Part shown: in pieces, positions 9,229-20,160 of the stretch | Layout: the number at the start of each line of letters is the position of its first letter | How positions within the stretch are numbered: position 1 is the first letter of the stretch | From: Paludibacter sp. | GTDB taxonomy: Bacteria; Bacteroidota; Bacteroidia; Bacteroidales; Paludibacteraceae | Length of the DNA stretch: 64,000 bases | Direction of reading: 5' to 3' | Assembly (NCBI GenBank): GCA_010365115.1 | Contig: JAAFGX010000004.1 | Location: 14,027 to 78,026, forward strand | Program-made: the position numbers and the translations under genes | Notes under the pieces: generated by a model | Database searches by the model: none | Seen by the model: only the letters and a program-made list of their open reading frames with translations | What the model was told of the DNA's origin: nothing

Positions 9229-10269
9229 TTAAACAATAAATCCTCCTCCCAACACTTTTCCATTTTTATAAAACACTGCTGTTTGTCCTGGTGCAATAGA
9301 CTCTAGAGGTTCAGCAAGTTCTACTTTTGCATTTCCATTTTCAAAAAAAACAACTCGGCTCAACGTATTTTGTTTTCGATAGCGAATACGGCAAATAACA
9401 TCAAAATCATTGGTAAATAAACTTTTATCAACAATATTTACATAACAAATTAAAAATTCGGTTTTGTACATGTTTGCAAGCGTGGCTAAAACTACCTCAT
9501 TCGTTTGTGGAAGTATTTCTTTTACAAATACTTTCCGGTTCAGATGTATTAATCCTCTTCGCTGACCAACCGTGTAAAGGGGAAAACCTTCATGTTGCCC
9601 CAATACATTTCCTTCTTCATCAAGAAAATTTCCAGTATAAATAAACTTTTCAGGTTCAGCAATTTGGCTTTTCAAAAACGGTCTGTAATTGCTCGAACAA
9701 AAACATGCACCCAAGCTGTCCTTTTTTTCCGAAACTTTTTTGAATCCACGTTTTGCAGCTAGTGTGCGCACTTCAGTTTTAAAAAATTGACCAAGAGGAA
9801 AAATGATTTTCGAAAGTTGGGCTTGCGTCAATCCCCAATGAAAAAACGATTGATCTTTATCTGGATCTTTTCCTTCTGAAACAAAATAATGATTATTTTC
9901 ATGCACAATATTTACATAATGCCCCATTGCCACTTTCTCGCACCCAAGCCGTTCGGCTTCTTCCAAAATCAATTTCCATTTCAACTCGTTGTTGCATTTT
10001 ACACATGGAAACGGTGTTCTGCCGGCGAGGTATTCAGCAACAAAATAGCCAACAATTTTTTCTCTAAAGACATCGCGAGCATCATAAGTTACGTGTTCAA
10101 TACCAAGTTTTTCAGCTAAACGAACAGCATCTTGCAGATGATAATTTTCACCTTCTTCCCAAAAACGAAACGTTATGCCCACCACTTCGAAGCCTTGTTC
10201 CAATAGAAGAATGGCAGCAACCGAACTATCGGTGCCGCCACTCATTCCAAGTAATATTTTTTGTTTCAT
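9229..10269 (-). CDS. mnmA: tRNA-specific 2-thiouridylase MnmA
   Basis: GMSGGTDS, GRTPFPCVKCN, MGHY, KDQSFF, YTVGQRRG, PGQTAVFY. Start taken at MKQKILL (10269). Confidence 0.96.
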   Translation of the reverse strand: MKQKILLGMSGGTDSSVAAILLLEQGFEVVGITFRFWEEGENYHLQDAVRLAEKLGIEHVTYDARDVFREKIVGYFVAEYLAGRTPFPCVKCNNELKWKLILEEAERLGCEKVAMGHYVNIVHENNHYFVSEGKDPDKDQSFFHWGLTQAQLSKIIFPLGQFFKTEVRTLAAKRGFKKVSEKKDSLGACFCSSNYRPFLKSQIAEPEKFIYTGNFLDEEGNVLGQHEGFPLYTVGQRRGLIHLNRKVFVKEILPQTNEVVLATLANMYKTEFLICYVNIVDKSLFTNDFDVICRIRYRKQNTLSRVVFFENGNAKVELAEPLESIAPGQTAVFYKNGKVLGGGFIV

Positions 10270-10282
10270 TAGACCATCTGAT

Positions 10283-10314
10283 AACTTTTCCAAATTTAAA
10301 ACTTTGGAAAAGTT
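10283..10314. repeat. Palindromic repeat (copy 2 of the 5627 family)
   Basis: AACTTTTCCAAATTTAAAACTTTGGAAAAGTT between DUF3127 and mnmA. Confidence 0.75.
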
Positions 10315-10323
10315 TCTTGTAAA

Positions 10324-10674
10324 TTAAAATGGCAAATCGCTTCCTTCGCCTGCTCCTGGAGCAGCATCAAATGAAGCAACAGGTGCAGAAGCAGCCGGAG
10401 TAGCACTTACTGCGCCTTTTTCAATTTTCCATGCGCGAACAGTTGTGTACCAACGGCCATTGTACTCGCGACTTTCTACATCAAAACTCACATTTACCTG
10501 ATCGTCAATTCCCAAAGGAAACTGATCAATTTTATCGTTGAATAAATTGAAACATACTTTTTTCGGATATTGATCGGCTGTTTCCAACACATAATCCTGT
10601 GAACGCCAAGTTCCGTTTTTTCCTTGTCCGGTTGCTATTGGCAACACTGCAATAATTTTTCCTGAAATTTCCAT
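10324..10674 (-). CDS. DUF3127 family protein (OB-fold, SSB-like DLPF tail)
   Basis: MEISGKII, YPKKVCF, SREYNGRWYT motifs and acidic DLPF C-terminus. Confidence 0.85.
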   Translation of the reverse strand: MEISGKIIAVLPIATGQGKNGTWRSQDYVLETADQYPKKVCFNLFNDKIDQFPLGIDDQVNVSFDVESREYNGRWYTTVRAWKIEKGAVSATPAASAPVASFDAAPGAGEGSDLPF

Positions 10675-10980
10675 CTTCTAGTTCTTTTATAAATTGATTT
10701 TAGATGGGCAAAGATAATGAAGAAAAATGAAGTGCAAGCAACCCAAAACACAATTTGTATGAAACAATTGAAGTAGTAAAAATTTTAATAGACTTAATGT
10801 CTTTTTATCAATGATTTAATTGTGTCATTTTTTTTACAAATCTGAACATAAATCCATTCTGTTTTGTTTTATTTGCAATTATCAAGATATAGGGATTTCG
10901 CAATCTGATAAAAAATCAAAGGATAATTTAATCAATACTGTTAGTAAAAAATCATTTTTAAAAATTTATAAAAGAGTAAA

Positions 10981-12309
10981 ATGAAAACAAACGAAGTATG
11001 CAATACTTATCCCGGCACACTTGCTAATGTAGGTGAAATACGTGCTTTAGACTTCCCACTTTTTGATACATACGATAGAATTTATCTTGATTCGAGCGCA
11101 ACAACCCAAGAACCGCAGAGCGTTAAGAAATCGATGTACAATTACCGTACTCAAACAATTCGCGGAAGTAATCACTCAAAAAACTCGATGGAAGCCCGTG
11201 AAGCAAACCAACGTTTCGAAGAATCCAGACATAAACTTGAGCTTTTTTTTAATGCAAAAAATTACGTAGTTGCATTTACCGGTGGTACCACCGATTCATC
11301 AAACTGGACTGCTTTGCGATTCCCATTAGAGAAAGGTGACATGTTAATTCTAACAAGCATTGAACACAATTCTCAGATTGTAACAGCCAGAAACATGGCA
11401 CAGAAAATGGGAGCTGAAATTGAATATATTCCAGACAATACAGCAAACGGTCAAATTGATTTAAAGAAATTACAATCTGTAGTGGCAAATCATAAAAAAG
11501 GAAAAATCCTTTTGAACCTTGTTCACTCATCCAACGTTACTGGAATAATGAATCCTGTTCATGAAATAAGACAAATAATGGGTAATAGGGGGTTCATATA
11601 TCTTGATATGGCTCAAACTGCGGGACATTGCCCTATTGATCTGGATTCGCTTGATGTAGATTTTGCTGGGATATCTTCACATAAAATGTATGGTCCTATG
11701 GGTATTGGAGCAATATTTATCAATAAAAAAAGCATTAGACACATTCCGAATACTATTAGCGGCGGAAGTGCTGTAAAATTGGTATCACATTGGTTTACTG
11801 CATATAACGATGGTGTTACACGACTAGAACCAGGCACTCAGGACATAGAAGGAGCAATTGAATGGGGACTCACTATCGATTATTTACAAAAAATAGGAAT
11901 GGCAAATATTGCGGCACACGATTCAGCTCTGGGCAAGTTGTTTATTAGCGAATTAATGACTATTCCAAAAATTAAGATTCTGGGACCTACAGACATGAAA
12001 CTTCGCAGCTCCATAGTTACCTTTACTGGCAAGGCATTTGGCACTGATCATGAACATCTTGCACGAGAACTCGACAAAAAAGGCATCAGTGTGCGAGATG
12101 GCTGTTTCTGTGCTCATATTTATGTTTCAAAACAACTCGGAGCACCTGATTTGGTACATGAAATAAGGACTTCAATGATGAAACTTGGCATTTTCAATGA
12201 TGTTTTAATGCTTCCAGGTGCTGTAAGAGCATCATTTGCATTTTACAATAATGTGGATGAAGTTTACAAAACAGCTGAGGCAATACGGAATATCATGTCA
12301 ACTTATTAG
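10981..12309 (+). CDS. Class V PLP aminotransferase, cysteine desulfurase/selenocysteine lyase-like
   Basis: YLDSSATTQ, EHNSQ, SNVTG, LDMAQ, SSHKMYGP (PLP Lys), RDGCFCAH, VRASF. Confidence 0.85.
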   Translation: MKTNEVCNTYPGTLANVGEIRALDFPLFDTYDRIYLDSSATTQEPQSVKKSMYNYRTQTIRGSNHSKNSMEAREANQRFEESRHKLELFFNAKNYVVAFTGGTTDSSNWTALRFPLEKGDMLILTSIEHNSQIVTARNMAQKMGAEIEYIPDNTANGQIDLKKLQSVVANHKKGKILLNLVHSSNVTGIMNPVHEIRQIMGNRGFIYLDMAQTAGHCPIDLDSLDVDFAGISSHKMYGPMGIGAIFINKKSIRHIPNTISGGSAVKLVSHWFTAYNDGVTRLEPGTQDIEGAIEWGLTIDYLQKIGMANIAAHDSALGKLFISELMTIPKIKILGPTDMKLRSSIVTFTGKAFGTDHEHLARELDKKGISVRDGCFCAHIYVSKQLGAPDLVHEIRTSMMKLGIFNDVLMLPGAVRASFAFYNNVDEVYKTAEAIRNIMSTY

Positions 12310-12422
12310 TTTTTACAACAAAAATAATGGGAGTAAAAATTATTACTATTTTTTTTAACTACTCTAATTACTAAATTTCAATCAATTTCTCATTAATATA
12401 ATGAATATAAAAACAACACATC

Positions 12423-12638
12423 ATGAAAAAAAATTTAAGCTCGACAGACAAGTTAATTCGATTGCTAATTGCAATCATAATAATTGCTCTTTTTTACTCT
12501 GAAGTATTGACTGGCACTATTGGAATTATTGCTTTGGTACTTGCATTAGTTCTTGCAATTACAAGTTTAGTAAGTTTCTGTCCGATTTATGCTTTACTCG
12601 GAATCAGCACATGCAAAAAAGAAGAAATAAAACAGTAA
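12423..12638 (+). CDS. DUF2892 (YgaP-like) small membrane protein
   Basis: MKKNL..DKLIR, two TMs, FCPIYALLGISTC. Confidence 0.88.
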   Translation: MKKNLSSTDKLIRLLIAIIIIALFYSEVLTGTIGIIALVLALVLAITSLVSFCPIYALLGISTCKKEEIKQ

Positions 12639-12871
12639 ACTTACTTACTGAATAATTAAAAGCAATTTATCGAAACTGTTTTTAAGTGCATTAATCTTAA
12701 ATTCTATTTGTTAAGTTGAAGATTTTGTAATACTTAAACTATACAGACCATATTTAATAAACTTAGAAAAGTAGTTGGAAAATTATATTTTACTTTAAAA
12801 ATAATAAAATATATCATTTTGCCATCTCTGCTTTACAATAACAAAAAAAGTGTAATTAATTCACTCTCAAT

Positions 12872-12902
12872 TTTGCCATTCGGACAGAATTTTGTACTTT
12901 TG
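12872..12902 (+). promoter_or_regulatory. Bacteroidota housekeeping promoter of gap
   Basis: TTTG (12872-12875), 19 nt spacer, TACTTTTG (12895-12902). Confidence 0.7.
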
Positions 12903-12931
12903 TGGCAAAATTAAGAAAAACTCAATTTTAA

Positions 12932-13945
<1,014 letters not shown>

Positions 13946-13965
13946 GCTGATACATTATAAAATTG

Positions 13966-14000
13966 AAAATCCCTTGTGACAATCGTTCCAAGGGATTTTT
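13966..14000 (+). terminator. Intrinsic terminator after gap
   Basis: AAAATCCCTTG...CAAGGGATTTTT hairpin with U-tract. Confidence 0.75.
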
Positions 14001-14068
14001 GTTATCTTGTAAACTGTTTTGTTTTACTGAACCAAATACTTATCTTTGCAAAACAATAAATAATAATT

Positions 14069-14371
14069 ATGACCTTAATAGACAGAAATATAGATTCAGT
14101 TCATGCTTTGTGTAAAACTTACAAAGTTGCTCGCCTGTTTGTGTTTGGGTCAATATTAACCAATAAATTTAAAAAAAATAGCGACATTGATTTTATTGTG
14201 GATTTCCAGAATGTTGAACTATATGATTATGCTGACAATTATTTCGATTTTAAAACTTCACTTGAACAAATTTTCAAACGAAAAATAGATTTACTCGAAA
14301 ATCAAGCTATTCAAAATCCATACTTACGACAATCAATTGACTCACATAAACTGATGATTTATGGACAATGA
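14069..14371 (+). CDS. MNT minimal nucleotidyltransferase (antitoxin of MNT-HEPN pair)
   Basis: VFGSILT...SDIDF motif; TATCTTTG promoter at 14041-14048; overlaps a downstream HEPN ORF. Confidence 0.88.
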   Translation: MTLIDRNIDSVHALCKTYKVARLFVFGSILTNKFKKNSDIDFIVDFQNVELYDYADNYFDFKTSLEQIFKRKIDLLENQAIQNPYLRQSIDSHKLMIYGQ

Positions 14372-14696
14372 AATTAAAACATGGCTATATGATATTCTTC
14401 AGTCAATTAATGAGATAGACGGTTATTTTGAAGATAAACCACGCAAATTTGAAGAATATAGTAAAGACACCAAAACAAAACGTGCCATCGAACGAAATAT
14501 TGAGATTATTTGAGAGGCTGTAAATCGAATTTTGAGGAAAAACAAAGAATTTAAGTTAGAAAATGCACAAAAAATTATTGGCACTCGTAATCGAATTGCT
14601 CATGGTTATGACAAAATATCGGATGACTTAATCTGGAGTATTGTCATTAATCATTTACCAAAACTAAAAGTTGAAATTCAACAATTAATGCTCTAA
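14361..14696 (+). pseudogene. HEPN/DUF86 ribonuclease toxin with in-frame TGA at codon 51
   Basis: Manual translation MDNEIKTWLYDILQSI...RAIERNIEII*EAVNRI...GTRNRIAHGYD...LPKLKVEIQQLML*. TGA at 14511-14513 replaces the Gly of the EIIGEA motif. Not in the ORF track. Confidence 0.88.
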
Positions 14697-14733
14697 AAAT
14701 CCTTTGCAAACAGGTTTTGCAAGGTTTTTTTTT
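14697..14733. terminator. Bidirectional terminator between the TA pair and ade
   Basis: CCTTTGCAAA-CAGG-TTTTGCAAGG flanked by A and T tracts. Confidence 0.65.
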
Positions 14734-14747
14734 ATATCAAAATAGAT

Positions 14748-16376
14748 TTACTCCATTAATTCCACAAACTTAAAATTCCTTCCATCAAATAACCCTTTAT
14801 CACCAAGTTTCAATTCAGGTATAACCAATAGCGACATAAAAGCTACCGTCATAAAAGGAGCTTTTAGTGTAGACCCCAATTCTTTAGCCATAGCGTCTAC
14901 TTCTTCATAGCGTTGTGCAATTACAGCGCCTTTGTCTTGCGACATGACACCTCCGATTGGAAGTGGCAGCAAACAAGTTTTGTCTCCATCACAAGCTAAG
15001 ATACCACCTTTACTTTCAACAATTTGGTTTATTGCTGAAACAATTTCGGCATCCGAGGTGCCAACTGCAACAATGTTATGGCTGTCATGTGCCACGGTAG
15101 AAGCCATAGAACCACGCTTTAAGCCGATGTTCTTAATAAATCCAATTGAAGGTGCTGAGGATTGGTAGCGATTATAAACCACAAGTTTCAGCACATCAGA
15201 TTCAATATCAGAAATTACGTTGTCATTTTCTATCTTTTGAGGGCAATTAATTTCTGTTGTAAAAAGTTGCCCATCATCCACATTAATTACTTTCAAAATA
15301 TCTCCTTTTGGAGTAACCTTTAGCTGTTCAACTGTAATCTTTTTTGCATTAAACTGATTAATAATATGTATAGGAATAAATCGCTGATAAGTTGGAATTC
15401 CATCTTCTGAAACTTTTTCGCCTTTGATATAAGTTGCTTTAACTCTAAAATCCGTAATATTATTGACCACAACAAAATCAGCATCATCGTTTACCTGCAA
15501 TAAACCAACATCCAATTTGTAATGTTTAATTGGATTATAAGAACAAATGCGTAAAACTTCAATAGCATTAAAGCCTTTTGCAACCGCCCGGCGAGCCAAT
15601 GAGTTGATATGTCCGTTTTTCAACAAATCATCCGGATGCTTATCATCCGAACAAAACATGATTTTATCGGAATGCTTGTGAAGCAAAGGTAACAAATCAT
15701 CAAAATTCTTTGCTGCGCTTCCTTCACGGATTTGAATTTTCATCCCCAATGCAATTTTAGCTTCGGCATCGGCAATGGTCATACATTCATGATCAGTACT
15801 GATTCCAGCTTTTACATATGCTTTCAATTCTTCACCCGTAATATCCGGAGCATGCCCATCAATCGGTTTCCCAATTCGTTTTGCCGCATCCAGCTTAAGA
15901 TGCACTTGTTTATTTTTATGAATAACTCCCGGGAAATTCATCATTTCTGCCAGAAAATGAATATCGTCACGTTCAAGTAGCGCCTCTACAACTTCAGCAT
16001 CAAGCACAGCACCGGAAGTTTCAAAATGCGTGGAAGGAACACAGGAAGGCGCACCAAAATAAAACTTCATGGGTGATTTATTTCCATTTTCAATCATGTA
16101 ATCCACTCCGTCAACACCACAAACATTGGCAATTTCGTGAGGATCACATACACAAGCCACCGTTCCATGCACTACGCTGTATCTGGCAAATTCGGCAGGC
16201 AACATCATGGAACTTTCAATGTGAATGTGAGCATCCACAAATCCAGGTATAATAAACTGATCATCAACAATATCACTTGGCTCAATACATTTTATTTTTC
16301 CGTTTTCAAAATGTATGATTCCCTTTGTAATCGTTCGAGTAATTACATCCACAATATTACCAGAAATCATTTTCAT
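14748..16376 (-). CDS. ade: Adenine deaminase
   Basis: PGFVDAHIHIESS, DPHEIANV, EMMNFPG, DGHAP, TDHE, REGS, DDKHP, STVAHDSHN. Confidence 0.95.
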   Translation of the reverse strand: MKMISGNIVDVITRTITKGIIHFENGKIKCIEPSDIVDDQFIIPGFVDAHIHIESSMMLPAEFARYSVVHGTVACVCDPHEIANVCGVDGVDYMIENGNKSPMKFYFGAPSCVPSTHFETSGAVLDAEVVEALLERDDIHFLAEMMNFPGVIHKNKQVHLKLDAAKRIGKPIDGHAPDITGEELKAYVKAGISTDHECMTIADAEAKIALGMKIQIREGSAAKNFDDLLPLLHKHSDKIMFCSDDKHPDDLLKNGHINSLARRAVAKGFNAIEVLRICSYNPIKHYKLDVGLLQVNDDADFVVVNNITDFRVKATYIKGEKVSEDGIPTYQRFIPIHIINQFNAKKITVEQLKVTPKGDILKVINVDDGQLFTTEINCPQKIENDNVISDIESDVLKLVVYNRYQSSAPSIGFIKNIGLKRGSMASTVAHDSHNIVAVGTSDAEIVSAINQIVESKGGILACDGDKTCLLPLPIGGVMSQDKGAVIAQRYEEVDAMAKELGSTLKAPFMTVAFMSLLVIPELKLGDKGLFDGRNFKFVELME

Positions 16377-16402
16377 AATTAATTCAGTTTGGTTTATTAT
16401 TT

Positions 16403-16672
16403 ACTGCTTATCTGCCTAGAACAAGCGTTAATTTAAATTAGCGCATATTTGACAATCATCCATATATTTAGAAGAAAAAGTATTTCTAATTTAGAAAATA
16501 TTTCATTAACGTAAAGACGCTAAGTGGCAAAGCCGCAAAGCTTTATTAAATAGTTGATTTTTCGTAGCGACTTTGTGTCTTAGCCTCTTTGCGCTTTCCT
16601 GGCGCAGGCAGGTTCAAAATAGGTCAAAAACAATCTTATTTATCTACAGCATGTTCAAAGCAGATAACCAGT
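16403..16672. mobile_element. MITE, IS1595-family (ISSod11-group-like) non-autonomous element, 270 bp
   Basis: 24-bp terminal inverted repeats (20/24 match: ACTGCTTATCTGCCTAGAACAAGC and GCATGTTCAAAGCAGATAACCAGT) flanked by a perfect 8-bp direct repeat TATTATTT (16395-16402 and 16673-16680). Confidence 0.82.
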
Positions 16673-16898
16673 TATTATTTTTACAAATATGTAAAAACAA
16701 AAGTACCTAAATAATCGAAACTAAGGCTCTTGAAATTGTATATAAATACATTTATAAATCAATTTAAGTAATTGGAAATTGAAAATGCACAATCAATAAT
16801 TAAATATAAGACTGGCAATCAAACAGATACTATCAAGACAATAAAAATTTAAATTCTGTCAATTTCTTACGTATTGAGAAATGAGATTTAAATTGTTA

Positions 16899-17840
16899 CT
16901 AATCGAAGCTCAGGTAAGGTGCTATCTTCAAAATCAACTCGGGCGTAAATTCATCAATGACATTCAGTTCGCTAATTTGCTTTAATTTCCCTTTTTTCCT
17001 TCGCAGTTCATACATAGCTTTTGCTTGATAAAAACTTATATAAGGATGCATGTTCAATTTATCGACAGTTGCATAATTTACTCTTATTTTTTTTACGAGA
17101 TCTAAATTTACAAAGCAAAACGCTCGAATTCGCTCATAAATCTCTGGTCGCATTCCATAAATTTCAGCTAATTGATCAACTGAAACAAAACCACCTGTTT
17201 CGTTCCTGAACCGAACGATTCCTTTTGCATATCCACGTCCGATTCCCTTCACTTGCATTAATAATGAAGTGTCTGCAGAGTTTAAATCAACCATCACATC
17301 TTTTTTAAGTTCACTTTGTTTCGATTCAGGTTTAACAATCGGAACATCCTGAATACTAATATACGGTTCTAGTTCTTTAAATTTTTCAGGCATTAAACCG
17401 TAAACTTTTGCGAAATCGTCATTGTTGCGAAACAATCCACCTTTATTTCTGAACCTGATAATATTTGACGCAATAAAAGATTTTAAACCCAACTGCAAAA
17501 AACCAATCGAATCCAGCTTGTTAGGGTCAAACTTAAACAATGAATATTTAGGAACTTTATCATAAGGTTTAGAATCCGGAAACTGTGCGTACTTTTCTTG
17601 AAATTGTCGTTGTCTTTCTTCATTCTGAATTTGCCACTGAGCCAGACGTAAACTATCTCTCGAAACCAACGATTTCTTGAAATTTGTAACTTCTGAAAGA
17701 AAATCAGATTTGATATTCTCAGTTTTTGGGAAGTAAAATGGCAAGAAATAATTTGCGATAGAGGCAAGAAATATCAGTATTACCAATATGATAATACCAA
17801 TGCGTTGGGCTTTGGAAAAATAGAAAAAATCTTTCCACAT
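16899..17840 (-). CDS. Helix-hairpin-helix (ComEA-like) DNA-binding membrane protein
   Basis: N-terminal TM; repeated DPN/DLN...VKGIG...IVRFR..GGF HhH modules. Confidence 0.85.
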   Translation of the reverse strand: MWKDFFYFSKAQRIGIIILVILIFLASIANYFLPFYFPKTENIKSDFLSEVTNFKKSLVSRDSLRLAQWQIQNEERQRQFQEKYAQFPDSKPYDKVPKYSLFKFDPNKLDSIGFLQLGLKSFIASNIIRFRNKGGLFRNNDDFAKVYGLMPEKFKELEPYISIQDVPIVKPESKQSELKKDVMVDLNSADTSLLMQVKGIGRGYAKGIVRFRNETGGFVSVDQLAEIYGMRPEIYERIRAFCFVNLDLVKKIRVNYATVDKLNMHPYISFYQAKAMYELRRKKGKLKQISELNVIDEFTPELILKIAPYLSFD

Positions 17841-17842
17841 AT

Positions 17843-17880
17843 AAAAAAAGGGCTTAATTTATTTTTAATAAACTGAGCCC
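17843..17880 (-). terminator. Terminator-like hairpin after the S41 protease gene, abutting the HhH start codon
   Basis: Minus strand GGGCTCAGTTTATT...AATAAATTAAGCCC followed by T7, then ATATG. Confidence 0.55.
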
Positions 17881-17959
17881 AAAAATAGATATATTATTTT
17901 ACTTAACAAATAAAAAGGTACATTATTTTAAAAATATTTTAAGATTCTAAATTTGCACT

Positions 17960-19579
17960 CTACTTTTTTCCTTTTAATTGTATTAAAGCTTTTAAAACTG
18001 TTTTGTCATCTTTGTATAATAATGGATAAAAACCATTATCTCCCAATGAGTTACGGGTAATATAAGCTTGTAGTAAATTTATAATAACATTTTTTGATAT
18101 TTCAATCTGTTTTCTATTTGCCTCAACCCCTTTTGCAGATGCGAAAATTTCAAATTGTGCCAGTAAATTTTGTGCATCCAGGTATTTCTCCATTTGTTGC
18201 CAGCTTTTTATATTTTTCAACACAGCCCTGTTCCGATCGGTATATTGAAATGCAAATTGGTACAAATAACCATAATTAATAATTTTATTCAAGTATGGAG
18301 TATATTCTGTTGTGTCACGCGGCACAAAAATATCAGGCATTATTCCACCGCCACCATACACTGTTCTTCCGCCTAATGTTTTGTATTTTAGAGAATCAGC
18401 CATATGAATACTGTCCTTTGTGTCGAATTCGCCATGATTGTAACGGTTTAAAATATCCATTTCATAAGCATCCGACTTCCCTTTTTCATAGGGTTTTTGA
18501 ATACTTCTGCCCGAAGGTGTATAATAACGTGCTACAGTCAATCTGATAGCTGAACCATCTGACAAATCAAGTTGTTGCTGAACAAGTCCCTTTCCAAATG
18601 AGCGCCGACCAATAATAAGTCCTCTGTCATTATCCTGAATAGCACCAGAAAATATTTCGCTAGCTGATGCCGAAAATTCATTAATCAAAACGGCTACTGG
18701 CACCGAAATACAACTTCCTTTTCCATCTGATATGGCTTCGGAGCGTTTATATGACTTGCCTTGTGAATAAACAATCATTCGATTGGCCGGTAAAAATTCA
18801 TTCACCATATTTATAGCCTGATCCATGAAACCGCCGCTGTTTTCGCGTAAATCAATGATATATTTCTTAGCACCACTGTTTCTCAATTTCGCAATTGCAT
18901 CCAAAAATTCCGAATAGGTTGTAGCTGCAAATTTACTTACCCGGATAAAACCGACTCCAGGTTCAATCATATATGCAATATCAACCGAATTTACAGGAAT
19001 TTCACCTCTGGTAATTGTATAATTAAGTAATTCGGCGGTTCCATGCCGTTGAATACCAAGTTTAACTTTTGTATTTTTCTGCCCACGTAGTTTCTTCATT
19101 ACTTTTTCATTTGTAATCTTTTTCCCTACAAACACAGAATCATTCACTTTTACAATTCTATCACCGGCAAGCAAACCAACTTTTTCTGAAGGACCACCGC
19201 TAACCACAGCAACAATCATTATTGTATCGTTTTGAATATTAAACTGAACCCCGATTCCACTGAAACTACCTTCAAGTTCGTTATTCACATTTTCCAAATC
19301 AGATACAGGTATGTAAACCGAATGAGGATCGAGCTGAGCAACCAGATCAACCATCAACTCTTCAGTCATTTTTGTAACATCAACCGTATCAACATATTGA
19401 TTGTCAATTATCGACAGCAATTCATCCACTTTATTATTCATCCCTTTTGGAGAAAATACGCGTGTAAGATTTGACATATTTGCTCTGCTTGCAAGCAAAT
19501 TTCCAAGTAACAATCCACTGATAACAGACAGAAGAATTACAAAAGCCAGTAAAATATATTTTCTATTCATATTCGGCAA
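17960..19579 (-). CDS. Carboxyl-terminal processing protease, peptidase S41
   Basis: LDPHS, PDZ (GIGV...GDRIVKV), DLRENSGG, SASASEI, SFGKGLVQ, RYYTPSGRSIQ. Confidence 0.95.
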   Translation of the reverse strand: MPNMNRKYILLAFVILLSVISGLLLGNLLASRANMSNLTRVFSPKGMNNKVDELLSIIDNQYVDTVDVTKMTEELMVDLVAQLDPHSVYIPVSDLENVNNELEGSFSGIGVQFNIQNDTIMIVAVVSGGPSEKVGLLAGDRIVKVNDSVFVGKKITNEKVMKKLRGQKNTKVKLGIQRHGTAELLNYTITRGEIPVNSVDIAYMIEPGVGFIRVSKFAATTYSEFLDAIAKLRNSGAKKYIIDLRENSGGFMDQAINMVNEFLPANRMIVYSQGKSYKRSEAISDGKGSCISVPVAVLINEFSASASEIFSGAIQDNDRGLIIGRRSFGKGLVQQQLDLSDGSAIRLTVARYYTPSGRSIQKPYEKGKSDAYEMDILNRYNHGEFDTKDSIHMADSLKYKTLGGRTVYGGGGIMPDIFVPRDTTEYTPYLNKIINYGYLYQFAFQYTDRNRAVLKNIKSWQQMEKYLDAQNLLAQFEIFASAKGVEANRKQIEISKNVIINLLQAYITRNSLGDNGFYPLLYKDDKTVLKALIQLKGKK

Positions 19580-19651
19580 GTAAAAAATTAGTGAAAGCGA
19601 ACAAATAATTATTTTGCTTTTGGCAATAAATTAATTCAGTTTGTATTTTTT

Positions 19652-20080
19652 TTATTGATTTTCGTTTTCGAGATAAACAACATCAATTTCAGCGCGCTCG
19701 AGTAATTCAACGCCATCCATTATACGGTATTTTTCACCATATACTACTCGTTTTATGCCTGATTGTATTATCAACTTTGCACATTCAATACATGGCGAAG
19801 CAGTAACGTATAATGTTGCATTATCGCTACTGTTGTGCGATCGGGCAACTTTGCTGATAGCATTGGCCTCGGCGTGAAGAACGTATGGTTTCGATGTATT
19901 GTTTTCATCTTCACATTTATTTTCAAAACCCGAAGGTGTTCCATTGTAACCATCGGAAATGATCATTTTGTTCTTAACAAGTAACGCCCCCACTTTTCTG
20001 CGATCGCAGTATGAATTTTCAGCCCAAATTCTGGCCATGCGCATATATCTGTTGTCTAATAATTCTTGTTTTCCTATCAT
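19652..20080 (-). CDS. dCMP deaminase family protein
   Basis: GYNGTP, HAEANA and PCIECA zinc motifs. Confidence 0.93.
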   Translation of the reverse strand: MIGKQELLDNRYMRMARIWAENSYCDRRKVGALLVKNKMIISDGYNGTPSGFENKCEDENNTSKPYVLHAEANAISKVARSHNSSDNATLYVTASPCIECAKLIIQSGIKRVVYGEKYRIMDGVELLERAEIDVVYLENENQ

Positions 20081-20160
20081 AGTTTATTTTTAAGACAGTA
20101 AGGAGTTGATTGGTTAATTCGTTTATGCAAAACTTGCAATTACCAACTACCCACAAACAG

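Noticed and set aside
14511-14513. TGA as recoded Gly/Trp or selenocysteine
   Set aside because: TGA ends other genes here (e.g. at 10, 1646, 3607) and the homologous residue is Gly, not Cys. A point mutation is simpler.
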